From a virus (taxonomy: Duplodnaviria > Heunggongvirae > Uroviricota > Caudoviricetes): a stretch of 64,000 bases of DNA. The translations under genes were made by a program, and so were the position numbers. Each line of letters opens with the position of its first letter. Position 1 is the stretch's first letter. The stretch covers positions 104,808 to 168,807 of the IMG/VR virus record IMGVR_UViG_3300050821_010761. One strand, given 5' to 3'. Under the pieces are notes generated by a model that was not told the DNA's origin, ran no database searches, and saw only the letters and a program-made list of their open reading frames with translations. Positions 10,467 through 19,457 of the stretch are shown piece by piece.

Positions 10467-11142
10467 GATATCCTGGACACAATTAAAACAAATCGTAAAT
10501 GCCAATGGTACTGTAGTACAATGGTTTTCAGATGATAACTCTTATACTATATTTGATAGTTCTTTTACTTTTCAGGCAATAATTCCTATAACTATTCCTT
10601 CATCTGCAACTCAAGCAGATTTTGAAAATAATTATAAAACTCCTGCTTTTTCGTCTAAATTCAGCTACTCATGTTCAGGAGTAATTCAAACAGGAACATC
10701 AGCTACTGATATAGCAACACTATCTGGGAATGCTAACACCACAGTTAGACTGTCAAGAATAATCATAAGCGGACGAAATGCGTTGCCTACGAGCTCTACT
10801 GTTTCTTTAGTATTGAGATCCAGCCCCGATAGCGGAGGGACCACTTCCACGCCCGTAATTACTCCACACGATTCCAACACTCCCGCTGCTTCATCAGTAG
10901 TGAACGTTTACACAAGCAATCCAACACTTGGATCTAGCGTTGGGGTTTTAAGAGTAGCTAATTTAGAATTTGCAAATACTGGAGGAAGCCCCGTGCCGTT
11001 GCTAGTATGGGAATTTGGTCCCAATGATTCGCAAAAACCTGTATTGAGAAATACCAACCAACAGCTATGCATAAGTTTAAATGGAATGCAGATCTCAGTA
11101 GTACATATATCATTTGAATGGACGGAAGAACAAAATGTCTAA
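10459..11142 (+). CDS. fiber-associated structural protein (227 aa)
   Basis: Start overlaps the stop of the upstream gene. S/T/N-rich. Confidence 0.45.
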   Translation: MIKISWTQLKQIVNANGTVVQWFSDDNSYTIFDSSFTFQAIIPITIPSSATQADFENNYKTPAFSSKFSYSCSGVIQTGTSATDIATLSGNANTTVRLSRIIISGRNALPTSSTVSLVLRSSPDSGGTTSTPVITPHDSNTPAASSVVNVYTSNPTLGSSVGVLRVANLEFANTGGSPVPLLVWEFGPNDSQKPVLRNTNQQLCISLNGMQISVVHISFEWTEEQNV

Positions 11143-11689
11143 TATCACTTTATTCACATTACAAAATAATACGTCCAGCACTGTAGGTCCCTACGGTCTT
11201 AATCAAGTGACGGTTCCTGCAAATTCGCAACTCGCAATAAATCCACCTCTAAACGGAATGTTATGCGATAATGCTTTCATCGCAGATTTGTTGGCACAAA
11301 ACGTAAGTGTATTCATTGCTGGTCAACAAGTTCAAGGTGGAATACTTTTTGAATTTTTTGCATTGCTTTCTCAAGCTCCTTTATCGAATAATTACACGAA
11401 TGTAACTGGCAATTCTACGGTTACGGCAAAAACTGGCTCTGGATTGTTACACGCCATAATTATAGGGAACAACACAACTGCTGGAACCGTCACCATATAC
11501 GACAATACGGCAGGTTCAGGAACAGAAATAATCAGCTTAACCCTCGGTTCTCCAACTGGTGGATTGTTGAGCAGTTCTGGTCAACCAGGTCCTATGTATC
11601 TAGATACTCTTAATGTAAAATTTTTGACTGGACTTACTATAGTTACAACTGGCTCTACGAGTAATAATGTGACTGTAATTTATCAGTAG
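11135..11689 (+). CDS. fiber-associated protein sharing a C-terminal module with the 756-aa protein
   Basis: C-terminus TVTIYDNTAGSGTEIISLTLG...NNVTVIYQ resembles MTFYDNTTNSGQVIAVVSLTSG...DFTVIYD in the 8196-10466 gene. Confidence 0.45.
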   Translation: MSNITLFTLQNNTSSTVGPYGLNQVTVPANSQLAINPPLNGMLCDNAFIADLLAQNVSVFIAGQQVQGGILFEFFALLSQAPLSNNYTNVTGNSTVTAKTGSGLLHAIIIGNNTTAGTVTIYDNTAGSGTEIISLTLGSPTGGLLSSSGQPGPMYLDTLNVKFLTGLTIVTTGSTSNNVTVIYQ

Positions 11690-11698
11690 GATTAAAAA

Positions 11699-12127
11699 AT
11701 GCCATCTAATACAACTTACAATCCACCTAACATAGACGCATTCATTAAGACTGCTTTGAATTACGATGCTGTAGGCGTGACTGGTACGGCTGCCGCTGGC
11801 AATACGACAAACATCGATTATGCCCTTACAAACGATACGCTTATTACTGGAGCACAAGTTCTAACGAATACTGCTGCCTTTGGAGATTCCATTAGTTTTC
11901 AAGTTGTAGACGTAAATAACATTTTGGGATATGGGGCAAATGTGGTGCTCAATCAATTCGTAACAAATTGGCAACTTAGGGCTGATTCCCAGGAGCAAAT
12001 AGATCTTAAAGTAAATTATCCAGCAAAAATAATAACTGGTCTTTATCTTCGACTAATTTATGTGTCCACGGGAACTTCACCAGTAGCTGTCGCGATTAAT
12101 TATTCGCTTCACAAGGTATTGCTCTAA
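11699..12127 (+). CDS. hypothetical virion-associated protein (142 aa)
   Basis: Co-oriented and tightly spaced at the end of the structural block. Confidence 0.4.
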   Translation: MPSNTTYNPPNIDAFIKTALNYDAVGVTGTAAAGNTTNIDYALTNDTLITGAQVLTNTAAFGDSISFQVVDVNNILGYGANVVLNQFVTNWQLRADSQEQIDLKVNYPAKIITGLYLRLIYVSTGTSPVAVAINYSLHKVLL

Positions 12128-12657
12128 TGAAACAAATCACAATAGGATTCAGTAGGGCCTGCACAGTACTGCCGATTTTTTCTTGGATCATAATGGCAGT
12201 TCAACGAACATCATATTCCCATGTTTACTTGAAATATGAGGATGAATACCTTGGTCAGACCATGTACTACCAAGCATCACACACTCTAGTAAACTCAATG
12301 AGTGAGGCCGTCTTTCTTTCTCAGGAAACTGTGATCCAAGAATTCACTTTTAATGTTTCTGATGCATCGTTTCTTTCGTGTATGAAATTTGCGGCGAACC
12401 AAGCTGGTAAACCATACGGAATCATGGAAATTTGTGGACTAGCGCTGGTAGAATTAGCTTCTTTTGTTGGTTTGAAAGTTCATAACCCATTTAAAGATGC
12501 TGGACAAACTTGGATATGCGATCAGTTGATAGCGGAATTACTGGTTACATGTGAGAATGTAAAACTTCTAATGCCTCTGGATGATATGAATCCAAAAGAC
12601 ATGAATGCGTTGGTGTCTACTTTGCCATCAACGTTATCGGTAGACGTTGCAGTATAA
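12127..12657 (+). CDS. hypothetical protein, possible Cys/His peptidase (endolysin-like candidate)
   Basis: 176 aa with a conserved-looking Cys (WICDQ) and His (SHVYLKY). Last gene of the + block, next to membrane-protein genes. Weak. Confidence 0.35.
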   Translation: MKQITIGFSRACTVLPIFSWIIMAVQRTSYSHVYLKYEDEYLGQTMYYQASHTLVNSMSEAVFLSQETVIQEFTFNVSDASFLSCMKFAANQAGKPYGIMEICGLALVELASFVGLKVHNPFKDAGQTWICDQLIAELLVTCENVKLLMPLDDMNPKDMNALVSTLPSTLSVDVAV

Positions 12658-13056
12658 TTACTTTAAGTGTGCAACCTGATTGGCGGCGATACCAGCAGCA
12701 ACTACACTAAGCACACCAAGCGCAAAATACATCCAATTCGAAGTGCTCTTATAAGAATCCATCTTTTGGATATTATCTTCCAATTTTAAATCTGTATCCT
12801 GCCAAAGTTGAGCGCGAGCGTCCGATTTTTGTATTGCGAGATCCTTCAGGGTAATTGCCTTATTTAGATCCTGGACTTGCTGCGCTTTTACCTTATCGTC
12901 CTGTACTAACTGACCAACGCAGATATGATCAGCTTTGGTGTAAGTCACAGTGCCATCTGGATTGTGTACTAAGTCATTAAAGGCGCAGTCAGCAAAAGCA
13001 ACATTGGATAACAGCGAAAAAGCGGCAACCAAAGAAACGATTCTGTTCATGGACAT
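12658..13056 (-). CDS. secreted protein with N-terminal signal peptide and C-terminal TM anchor
   Basis: Signal-like N-terminus (LLSNVAFA/DC). C-terminal hydrophobic WMYFALGVLSVVAAGIAA. Topology resembles spanin-like or lysis accessory proteins. Confidence 0.45.
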   Translation of the reverse strand: MSMNRIVSLVAAFSLLSNVAFADCAFNDLVHNPDGTVTYTKADHICVGQLVQDDKVKAQQVQDLNKAITLKDLAIQKSDARAQLWQDTDLKLEDNIQKMDSYKSTSNWMYFALGVLSVVAAGIAANQVAHLK

Positions 13057-13337
13057 TTTACTTCCTCTCCTAATCGATATCTCAGATAAGAAAAACTAGT
13101 TTTTGAATCAGCCCTGAAACTTATAAATTCCAATTCAATGTCTGAATAGCCTTCCAAAATGTGATTTTTTACGATTTTAACCACTAATTCTGTAGATTCT
13201 TTATCTGCGTAACAAGTTCCTTCTCTGAATGGTGGAACTCGTTGGTAGATGAATTCGCCAAGTCTAATAGCGGCTAGTGCCAAACAGACTAGTATGGCTA
13301 ATTTTAACATTTTCAGTTTCATTTGATACCCCGCCAT
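13047..13337 (-). CDS. small signal-anchor membrane protein
   Basis: N-terminal hydrophobic LKLAILVCLALAAIRL. Overlaps the downstream gene start. Confidence 0.4.
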   Translation of the reverse strand: MAGYQMKLKMLKLAILVCLALAAIRLGEFIYQRVPPFREGTCYADKESTELVVKIVKNHILEGYSDIELEFISFRADSKTSFSYLRYRLGEEVKCP

Positions 13338-13376
13338 TTTGGCAATATTCGAATATTATCACGCGGCCGTTGATTG

Positions 13377-13592
13377 TCAATCATTTGGCATTCCGTCAAT
13401 CATATAACGAACCATTATTTCAGCTTGAGTACAGTCGAACAAATTAGTCCCCCACGGTTCATGCTTTTGAGGTTTTGGCAGATGTTCATTGAAGAATTTC
13501 TTAAAACTAATGCCAGCATCTGGACTAAAATCATCTGGTAATTTCCATGATAGAAATCGATCGATCATATATTTAATTTGTTTTTCAGTCAC
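13377..13592 (-). CDS. hypothetical protein (71 aa)
   Basis: Small ORF co-oriented in the - strand block. Confidence 0.3.
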   Translation of the reverse strand: MTEKQIKYMIDRFLSWKLPDDFSPDAGISFKKFFNEHLPKPQKHEPWGTNLFDCTQAEIMVRYMIDGMPND

Positions 13593-13971
13593 CGCGCACC
13601 AACCTTTCGGCTTCCTTCAATGTATGTTCAGCCCAATAATGAGTCATTTTGCCGCTTTGTTCATGATCGCTATAATCAAGCAGACATTTCCTCATCACTT
13701 CCACAACCTTGATCAGCTTGGCGAGGTCAGTTGGGGCTGAGGCGATGAGTTTCGCGTTGGACGATTGGCGGTTCTCTGTTTCTTCAATATCTGGATGATC
13801 ATCAAACGTATTTAGATCCGCCAAGAAAAATCCTTTATGTGGATCTGGATCTCCAGCAATTATTCCTAAATCATTGGAACCAAACCACGGATGTTGAAGT
13901 GTGTGCCAAGGCCCAGGAGTCGCTTTCTCCAGCCTGCTTTTGACTTGGGTTAAGTATTCAGTGAGAGTCAC
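13585..13971 (-). CDS. hypothetical protein (128 aa)
   Basis: Overlapping start/stop with neighbours in an operon-like array. Confidence 0.4.
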   Translation of the reverse strand: MTLTEYLTQVKSRLEKATPGPWHTLQHPWFGSNDLGIIAGDPDPHKGFFLADLNTFDDHPDIEETENRQSSNAKLIASAPTDLAKLIKVVEVMRKCLLDYSDHEQSGKMTHYWAEHTLKEAERLVRGD

Positions 13972-14432
13972 AATTCACCTCGCCATTTTGAAAGAGTGTC
14001 TTTCGCTAGATCCTTCATATCTCGATATTTTTCGAAAAACTCAAGCGCCTCCACCAATGCCAGCACCTCAGGGGAATTCTTCACGGCCCACGAGGCTCCA
14101 GATTTAAACGCCAACTTTCTGCGTGTTTGATTCAATCCTTTGCGCGTCTTTAAAAAAGACAAGGCATATATTTCAGCTGCTTCATCGAGAGTTTTGCCCT
14201 CGTATTCAGCAAGCGTGTCAAAAAGATGTTCCTCAATGCGCCTTAATGAAGAAAATGGCAGTTCCACAAAACCTTCGATTCCTTCGACTTTGCACGCTAG
14301 CCCAGAGTCGGTGATGCATCCATACGTATATCCACCATATTCTTCAACTACGGTACCTTTCATAACAACAGCGATCAACCAGTAGCATTCTTCTGGAGTG
14401 ATATCGCGCTTAACAACGTATCGATTATTCAT
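13968..14432 (-). CDS. hypothetical protein (154 aa)
   Basis: ATGA-type overlap with the upstream gene. Confidence 0.4.
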   Translation of the reverse strand: MNNRYVVKRDITPEECYWLIAVVMKGTVVEEYGGYTYGCITDSGLACKVEGIEGFVELPFSSLRRIEEHLFDTLAEYEGKTLDEAAEIYALSFLKTRKGLNQTRRKLAFKSGASWAVKNSPEVLALVEALEFFEKYRDMKDLAKDTLSKWRGEL

Positions 14433-14601
14433 AAACCACTCGCATTTTGATTGTTTTCGTTAAACGGCTTTAAATATCCACATGTACAGAAATCTATTCG
14501 TCTATCTGGATATTGATAGAAGTGAGCAACGTGTCTGTGTTCCCTATCAAGCTGTAGAGTCAAGAGTTTAAATAGGCAATGAAAATTGACTTTCAACCAG
14601 C

Positions 14602-14940
14602 TCATTTGCTTCCTTTCGGTCGATCCCAATTCTCGTCAACCTTCGTTTCTTTGCCTGGCAAGGCGTCAGCCTGCTGGATCAATGAATCAGCCTGCTTGTC
14701 GTCAGCATTCTCCTGGGCTTGCAAGACTGCGTTTTCCTTAGTGGCAGCATCCATTTCTTTTTTGCTCTTGTTGGCATAATAATCGACCATAAAGCTTGCT
14801 CCCTTGGCAAGCACTATAATCACGCCAAAGACAAATAGGAAGATGCGGTCTTTTTCCCACAAAGATCCTAAATCGGCGGTTAAACGAGCCCAGAGGGCAC
14901 CTAAAGAGGCTTTGATGCTGGCTACAGTTGGTAGTGTCAC
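14602..14940 (-). CDS. membrane protein (holin-like candidate)
   Basis: One TM segment (IFLFVFGVIIVLA) plus a charged C-terminal tail. Confidence 0.4.
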   Translation of the reverse strand: MTLPTVASIKASLGALWARLTADLGSLWEKDRIFLFVFGVIIVLAKGASFMVDYYANKSKKEMDAATKENAVLQAQENADDKQADSLIQQADALPGKETKVDENWDRPKGSK

Positions 14941-15230
14941 GGGTCATTTCCTTTCGCTGGCGAGGGTGTTGGTGCGTCTGCTGCGACGACTGTGGTATCA
15001 TCTGGCAGGTTCTTATTGTTGTAGTAGGCATTCATCGTAGCTACGATATGCTGCGTAGCGTGTACGGCGAAGAAAGCGATTACGGTATTCTTAAGTAAAT
15101 CCACGAAGTTATCACCAGAAATAAGATTTTCTACCCTGAAAACAATACCTAAGAGAATCAATAGAAGCATAACTAATGCCTTCTGTAAATTCACGAAAAC
15201 ATTGAGGAAATCAATTAATTTTTGTTTCAT
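14937..15230 (-). CDS. small two-TM membrane protein (holin-like candidate)
   Basis: Hydrophobic segments LVMLLLILLGIVF and VIAFFAVHATQHIVA. Start overlaps the stop of the neighbour. Confidence 0.4.
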   Translation of the reverse strand: MKQKLIDFLNVFVNLQKALVMLLLILLGIVFRVENLISGDNFVDLLKNTVIAFFAVHATQHIVATMNAYYNNKNLPDDTTVVAADAPTPSPAKGNDP

Positions 15231-15278
15231 AATTCTCCTTGAATAGCACTTTCAGTTCACGCTTACGACCAATATAGC

Positions 15279-15701
15279 ATGTTTTTACGATTTTGCAATG
15301 GGTCAAGTAATCTTTTAATTATGATGGATTTTTTAGACCCCCAAGTGAGTATTCCTGTCGGATTAGTTGTAGCTGTAAGCGGATTGGTACTAACATGGCA
15401 GAAAATTGTTAAGAATGCTAAACGTGACCGTGAAGAACATGCAGCTAGGATCCTACAGGCAGCCAAGGAGGAGGATAGCCTGCTTAAAGCAAAACTTGAA
15501 GCCAGGATTGAGAAATTCGGAGCCGAGTTGAAAAATCTCGAATTCAACATCAATAAGGACATTTCTCACGTAAGAGAATCTTACAACACAGAACTAAAGA
15601 ATCTTGGAGAAAAAATTGAAAACCTAAGGACCGAACTCTCGAATCAACATAGTTCCTTGTTAGCACTTCTTACAAAATTGGTAGACAAAAACAAAAAATA
15701 A
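15279..15701 (+). CDS. N-terminal TM plus coiled-coil protein (i-spanin-like topology)
   Basis: TM segment VGLVVAVSGLVLTW followed by a long charged coiled-coil region. Confidence 0.4.
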   Translation: MFLRFCNGSSNLLIMMDFLDPQVSIPVGLVVAVSGLVLTWQKIVKNAKRDREEHAARILQAAKEEDSLLKAKLEARIEKFGAELKNLEFNINKDISHVRESYNTELKNLGEKIENLRTELSNQHSSLLALLTKLVDKNKK

Positions 15702-15913
15702 GCGCTTTTAGTTCATAATCAAAACCTCACTATAACACAGAAAAATCATTTTGCAATACTTTTAACTCATGCTCGTAAAAAATCGTCGGCAAAAAATAAT
15801 AGGACCAGGCGTACTGACGTGCCGATTGCGGGACGCATGTCATCGTTTCTGGTTTCTCTGGCTCAAGGCAATCTCGGAGCCGCCTATTATTCGGACCTTC
15901 CAGCTGAATTCGC

Positions 15914-16360
15914 TTACTTCGATCCTTTTCCAATTCTCATAATTAAACTAAAGATTCCAGTAAATTTCAAAAATCGATAAAAAATCTCTTTAAAGAATGA
16001 ATTTTTCTTATAGTTATTGTGTAATTTTTCTAATGTAGTTCTTTGCCCAATTAGATTCACGATCTGCTGAACGGCGCGGGAAGGGGCTTTAGTAGCATGA
16101 AGCATTTCTTGTTCATCAATAGAGGGCATAGGAATCGGAGAAATACCGATTGGCGTTGCTCGTTTTTGAAATCTTTCCTTAATGCCCTTGTTATACTCAA
16201 CCAATTCATAGCGGGTCATTTGCAATGGGTCAACACTTAAAGTTACTGGCGTGTGATTGGCTGGACTATCATTGAAATAACTATTAACTTTTAAATCAAA
16301 CTCAGCAGCGACTGCCACTTCTTCACGATGCTTTTCGTTTTCTTCTTTTCTGTCTTTCAT
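15914..16360 (-). CDS. hypothetical protein (148 aa)
   Basis: ORF in the - block. No recognisable motifs. Confidence 0.4.
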   Translation of the reverse strand: MKDRKEENEKHREEVAVAAEFDLKVNSYFNDSPANHTPVTLSVDPLQMTRYELVEYNKGIKERFQKRATPIGISPIPMPSIDEQEMLHATKAPSRAVQQIVNLIGQRTTLEKLHNNYKKNSFFKEIFYRFLKFTGIFSLIMRIGKGSK

Positions 16361-16370
16361 TTTATCTCCC

Positions 16371-16712
16371 TTATCTTAAAAAATCATTTTCAATTAATGC
16401 AATGTCCAAAAGATCGGCAAGTTCTTGAAAATTCAAACCTCCATCTACGGCGCTCGATGCATCACTATCGTTTAATCCTGCAAGATACCTTCCTAGAAAA
16501 GATGGATAACTGATCAAGCCAAGGAGTTTGGCAGTCTTGTGTGTAAGAGAATAGGTGCCAAATTCATCTAGAGGAGTTCTGCCGACTTCTTTCTCTGCTA
16601 CTCCCAGTACACAAAAAGATTTGGTCGCGCTATTGTAACAAAATTTTCTACCTTGCGTATATTTTTCAGATCGTAATGCATTGCGCCATTTTTTCACAGC
16701 TGTTTTATTCAT
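16371..16712 (-). CDS. hypothetical protein (113 aa)
   Basis: Start overlaps the stop of the downstream gene (ATGA). Confidence 0.4.
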   Translation of the reverse strand: MNKTAVKKWRNALRSEKYTQGRKFCYNSATKSFCVLGVAEKEVGRTPLDEFGTYSLTHKTAKLLGLISYPSFLGRYLAGLNDSDASSAVDGGLNFQELADLLDIALIENDFLR

Positions 16713-16900
16713 TTTATCTCCTCACACACGTAGCCATTTGGGCCATGGGATAACTGGGTTTTCATTGAATCGCACGCTTCTTTTGTTTCAAAACGATTAA
16801 GAGTATAACACGTTATGGCATCGCATTCAGTAAGTTTGAATTTACCATCTTGACAGCCACATAGCGTCATAAAAGCGCTAATGAATAGAATTTTTTGCAT
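16709..16900 (-). CDS. small Cys-rich secreted/lipoprotein-like protein
   Basis: Internal start MQKILFISAFMTLCGC preferred. It gives a signal peptide and avoids overlap with the next gene. Confidence 0.3.
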   Translation of the reverse strand: MQKILFISAFMTLCGCQDGKFKLTECDAITCYTLNRFETKEACDSMKTQLSHGPNGYVCEEIK

Positions 16901-17164
16901 GCTTTTCAACCTTTTCGAATGTGAACATAAAACGACGCATGATACCATAAATTGCGCCATTATGGAAGTTCTTCCTCATTTCTTGGCGACCAACGTCAAT
17001 CTCTGATTCCGTAAAACCAAGTTCTATAATAGCATAAGTTTTAACTTGATGGAAGTTTCCCGTAAAGGAACCAAAGTCGCCAGTGATTCCCCAATGCGTG
17101 CCATGATCACAAAGATGATAACCAGACATTCCATGTTTCTTTTTCTCTGTTAGTTGTAACATGT
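16878..17164 (-). CDS. hypothetical protein (95 aa)
   Basis: RBS GGAGGAAAC-ATG at 17164. First gene of a leftward operon. A divergent promoter region lies upstream. Confidence 0.4.
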
Positions 17165-17451
17165 TTCCTCCACTTTTTACAATGTAAGCCAAAAATGAAA
17201 AGATTGCAATAATTTATTTTTTAGCCAGAACGAATTAAATGGGTAGCCAAAAAATAAATCATATTTTTCTCATTTTCTTACGTTTAAAGTGTGGATTTTG
17301 TATTTAGTTATGATAGACACGTACGCGTGGTACTTTGTTTTGTGTAGGGAATAGGGAGCAACTCAGGCAGCGACCGTACTTCTTGACTTTGTCATCTTGA
17401 TTTAGTCATCTTTACTTAGTAAGAGAAATTGAAAATTTTTCAAGAGGAAAA

Positions 17452-17925
17452 ATGGAAGAAAGAGAAGACATAAAGATTGATGGAAATATTGCAACTTGGG
17501 AAATAAATACAGTTGGTGAAATTTTAGGCACTTATATTGGCACTTTCAGGTTCAAATGTTTTCTTACTCCATTGGAACAGATCGCTGCTGGTAAACTTGA
17601 AAGGGAATTAATTGGCCCAAACATGGCTCTTGCTAACGAACATGAGACATTTCTTGCTTTTGCCTTGGCTCAATTAAAGTTTAGAGTAGTTTCTGCCCCT
17701 CCTTTTTGGGCTTCCAGTAATCCAGGCAATATTCAAGGGGACATACCAGACGAGCCCATTATAAATATGGTCCTTTCGGCGGCAATCGATTCTGAGGCAA
17801 AGTATAAAAAACAGATAAAAGAAAGAAAAGAAAATGCTATCAAACGAGCTAAAGCGGTAAGTGAGGCTATCACCAAACAAGAAATCGCCGATAAAGAAGA
17901 AAACGAAAAACTTGAGAATGAATGA
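17452..17925 (+). CDS. hypothetical protein (157 aa)
   Basis: RBS AGAGGAAAA-ATG. Isolated + strand pair. Confidence 0.45.
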   Translation: MEEREDIKIDGNIATWEINTVGEILGTYIGTFRFKCFLTPLEQIAAGKLERELIGPNMALANEHETFLAFALAQLKFRVVSAPPFWASSNPGNIQGDIPDEPIINMVLSAAIDSEAKYKKQIKERKENAIKRAKAVSEAITKQEIADKEENEKLENE

Positions 17926-18389
17926 ATTTCTTACACATCTCAGAAATCATAGAATGCTGTCAAGTAGAAGCAATTGCTAATAAACTTGATCCCACAAATG
18001 CTGTCCGTTGGCAAAGATTCTGTCGTGATTATTCAAAAGTTTTCAATACTCCTTATCACCAGGTTTTGCAAATGGATCCCGAATTTGTAATTCTTGCAGT
18101 CTACGAAGAACAGCTTGATAATGTCGATGTAGAAGAAAAGATGGAAGAATTAATGGACCGTGTCCTTTCCATTGAAGATCCAGATTATGAGAAAACTAAG
18201 GAACAGGATATCCTTGAGTTCATGAGAATGTCCGAAGAAGAAGAAGAAGAAAGGATTAAAGCTGGTAAGCCTGTATTCCAAAAGAAGAAAAAATCGATTC
18301 CCAAAAAGGAAGAAAAATTACCAGAAAATTTACCCACTAGTGGTGGTATAAATTTATCATATCTTGAAAAACTGGATAGAGAAGAGTAA
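17922..18389 (+). CDS. acidic Glu-rich protein (155 aa)
   Basis: ATGA overlap with the upstream gene. EEEEEE tract. Confidence 0.45.
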   Translation: MNFLHISEIIECCQVEAIANKLDPTNAVRWQRFCRDYSKVFNTPYHQVLQMDPEFVILAVYEEQLDNVDVEEKMEELMDRVLSIEDPDYEKTKEQDILEFMRMSEEEEEERIKAGKPVFQKKKKSIPKKEEKLPENLPTSGGINLSYLEKLDREE

Positions 18390-18770
18390 TTATTTCACTT
18401 CCCTAAGAATAGTCTTCATTTTGAACTTCTTAAAACAATCGGTACACTGATGAATGGTACATTTGTCGGTAGCATATACCAACTCTTTATGTTTGCAATT
18501 TTTTGGCAATTTAGATTTAAATACGGACCACCATTCGTTATCGGATAATAATTTATTAGTTCTTGGGTGATACACTCTAAATGTTGATTCCATAGTATAG
18601 TAGCTAGAGCCTCCATTACCACTTCTGGAAACATAATGATAATATTGTTCTACCACATATCGCTTTCCTGGCACTAGACCTGTAGAATTGTTAGTGAAAC
18701 AATTAGCGTGTTCGCCTAACTTATTGGTGCAGGAAGTTATGTAGCCTGTGAAATACATTAATTTGTTCAT
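18390..18770 (-). CDS. Cys-rich hypothetical protein (126 aa)
   Basis: Convergent with the + pair. Multiple Cys residues (CTIHQCTDC). Confidence 0.4.
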   Translation of the reverse strand: MNKLMYFTGYITSCTNKLGEHANCFTNNSTGLVPGKRYVVEQYYHYVSRSGNGGSSYYTMESTFRVYHPRTNKLLSDNEWWSVFKSKLPKNCKHKELVYATDKCTIHQCTDCFKKFKMKTILREVK

Positions 18771-19004
18771 CTCAACTTCTCAATCTTAGCCAGCGTTTTC
18801 TTTAGATCCAAAGAAACCATCTCTTTAAAGACTTCTGGTCGATGTTTGAATTTTTCAGGCACTGCGCTACTGAGCCTTTGTTTAAGATGCTCAGCATATT
18901 TCATGAGTCTCGGAATTTGATCATTTGGTTTAGCCATTGTAGACCTACTTATCTTTCAATTCATGTTTGTAAAAATTTTATCACTTCTTTGTCATTATTT
19001 CAAC

Positions 19005-19457
19005 TTATAATCCAACTCGGTGGTATAGTACTATTGAGCCAGCAACCGCTACGTTCATCGAATAATCCCCTTTTAGTTTGATAACATATTGGCAAGATTT
19101 CAAGACTTCTTGTGGAATACCGCTATCTTCTGCGCCTACCAAATAAACAGCTCGACTAGGGTGAACAAACCCTTTTAAATCCCTAGCTTTACTGTCCAGT
19201 TCCAAACCAACAAGTTGACATCCCTCTGGCAAGTGTTCATGAAAGTCATCGAAATCTTTATATTCAAAAACTGGTAGATGTAGATGTGCTTTCGTAGTAT
19301 CGGTATGCTGTTCTTTGAATCTTTTTCCAATAGTAGCAATGAAATCGGCGCCCAAAATATTTGCGGTCCTAATCAATGATCCCCAATTATCTCTATTCTT
19401 TGGGTGGTACATTGCCAATCCAAAATAACCTCGATGGTCAGACATTTTCTTCTCCAA
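19005..19457 (-). CDS. SPOUT-class RNA 2'-O-methyltransferase, TrmL/TrmH-like
   Basis: All three SpoU motifs are present: NWGSLIRTANILGADF, LVGAEDSGIP and SMNVAVAGSIVLY. Size (150 aa) matches TrmL. Confidence 0.7.
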   Translation of the reverse strand: MEKKMSDHRGYFGLAMYHPKNRDNWGSLIRTANILGADFIATIGKRFKEQHTDTTKAHLHLPVFEYKDFDDFHEHLPEGCQLVGLELDSKARDLKGFVHPSRAVYLVGAEDSGIPQEVLKSCQYVIKLKGDYSMNVAVAGSIVLYHRVGL

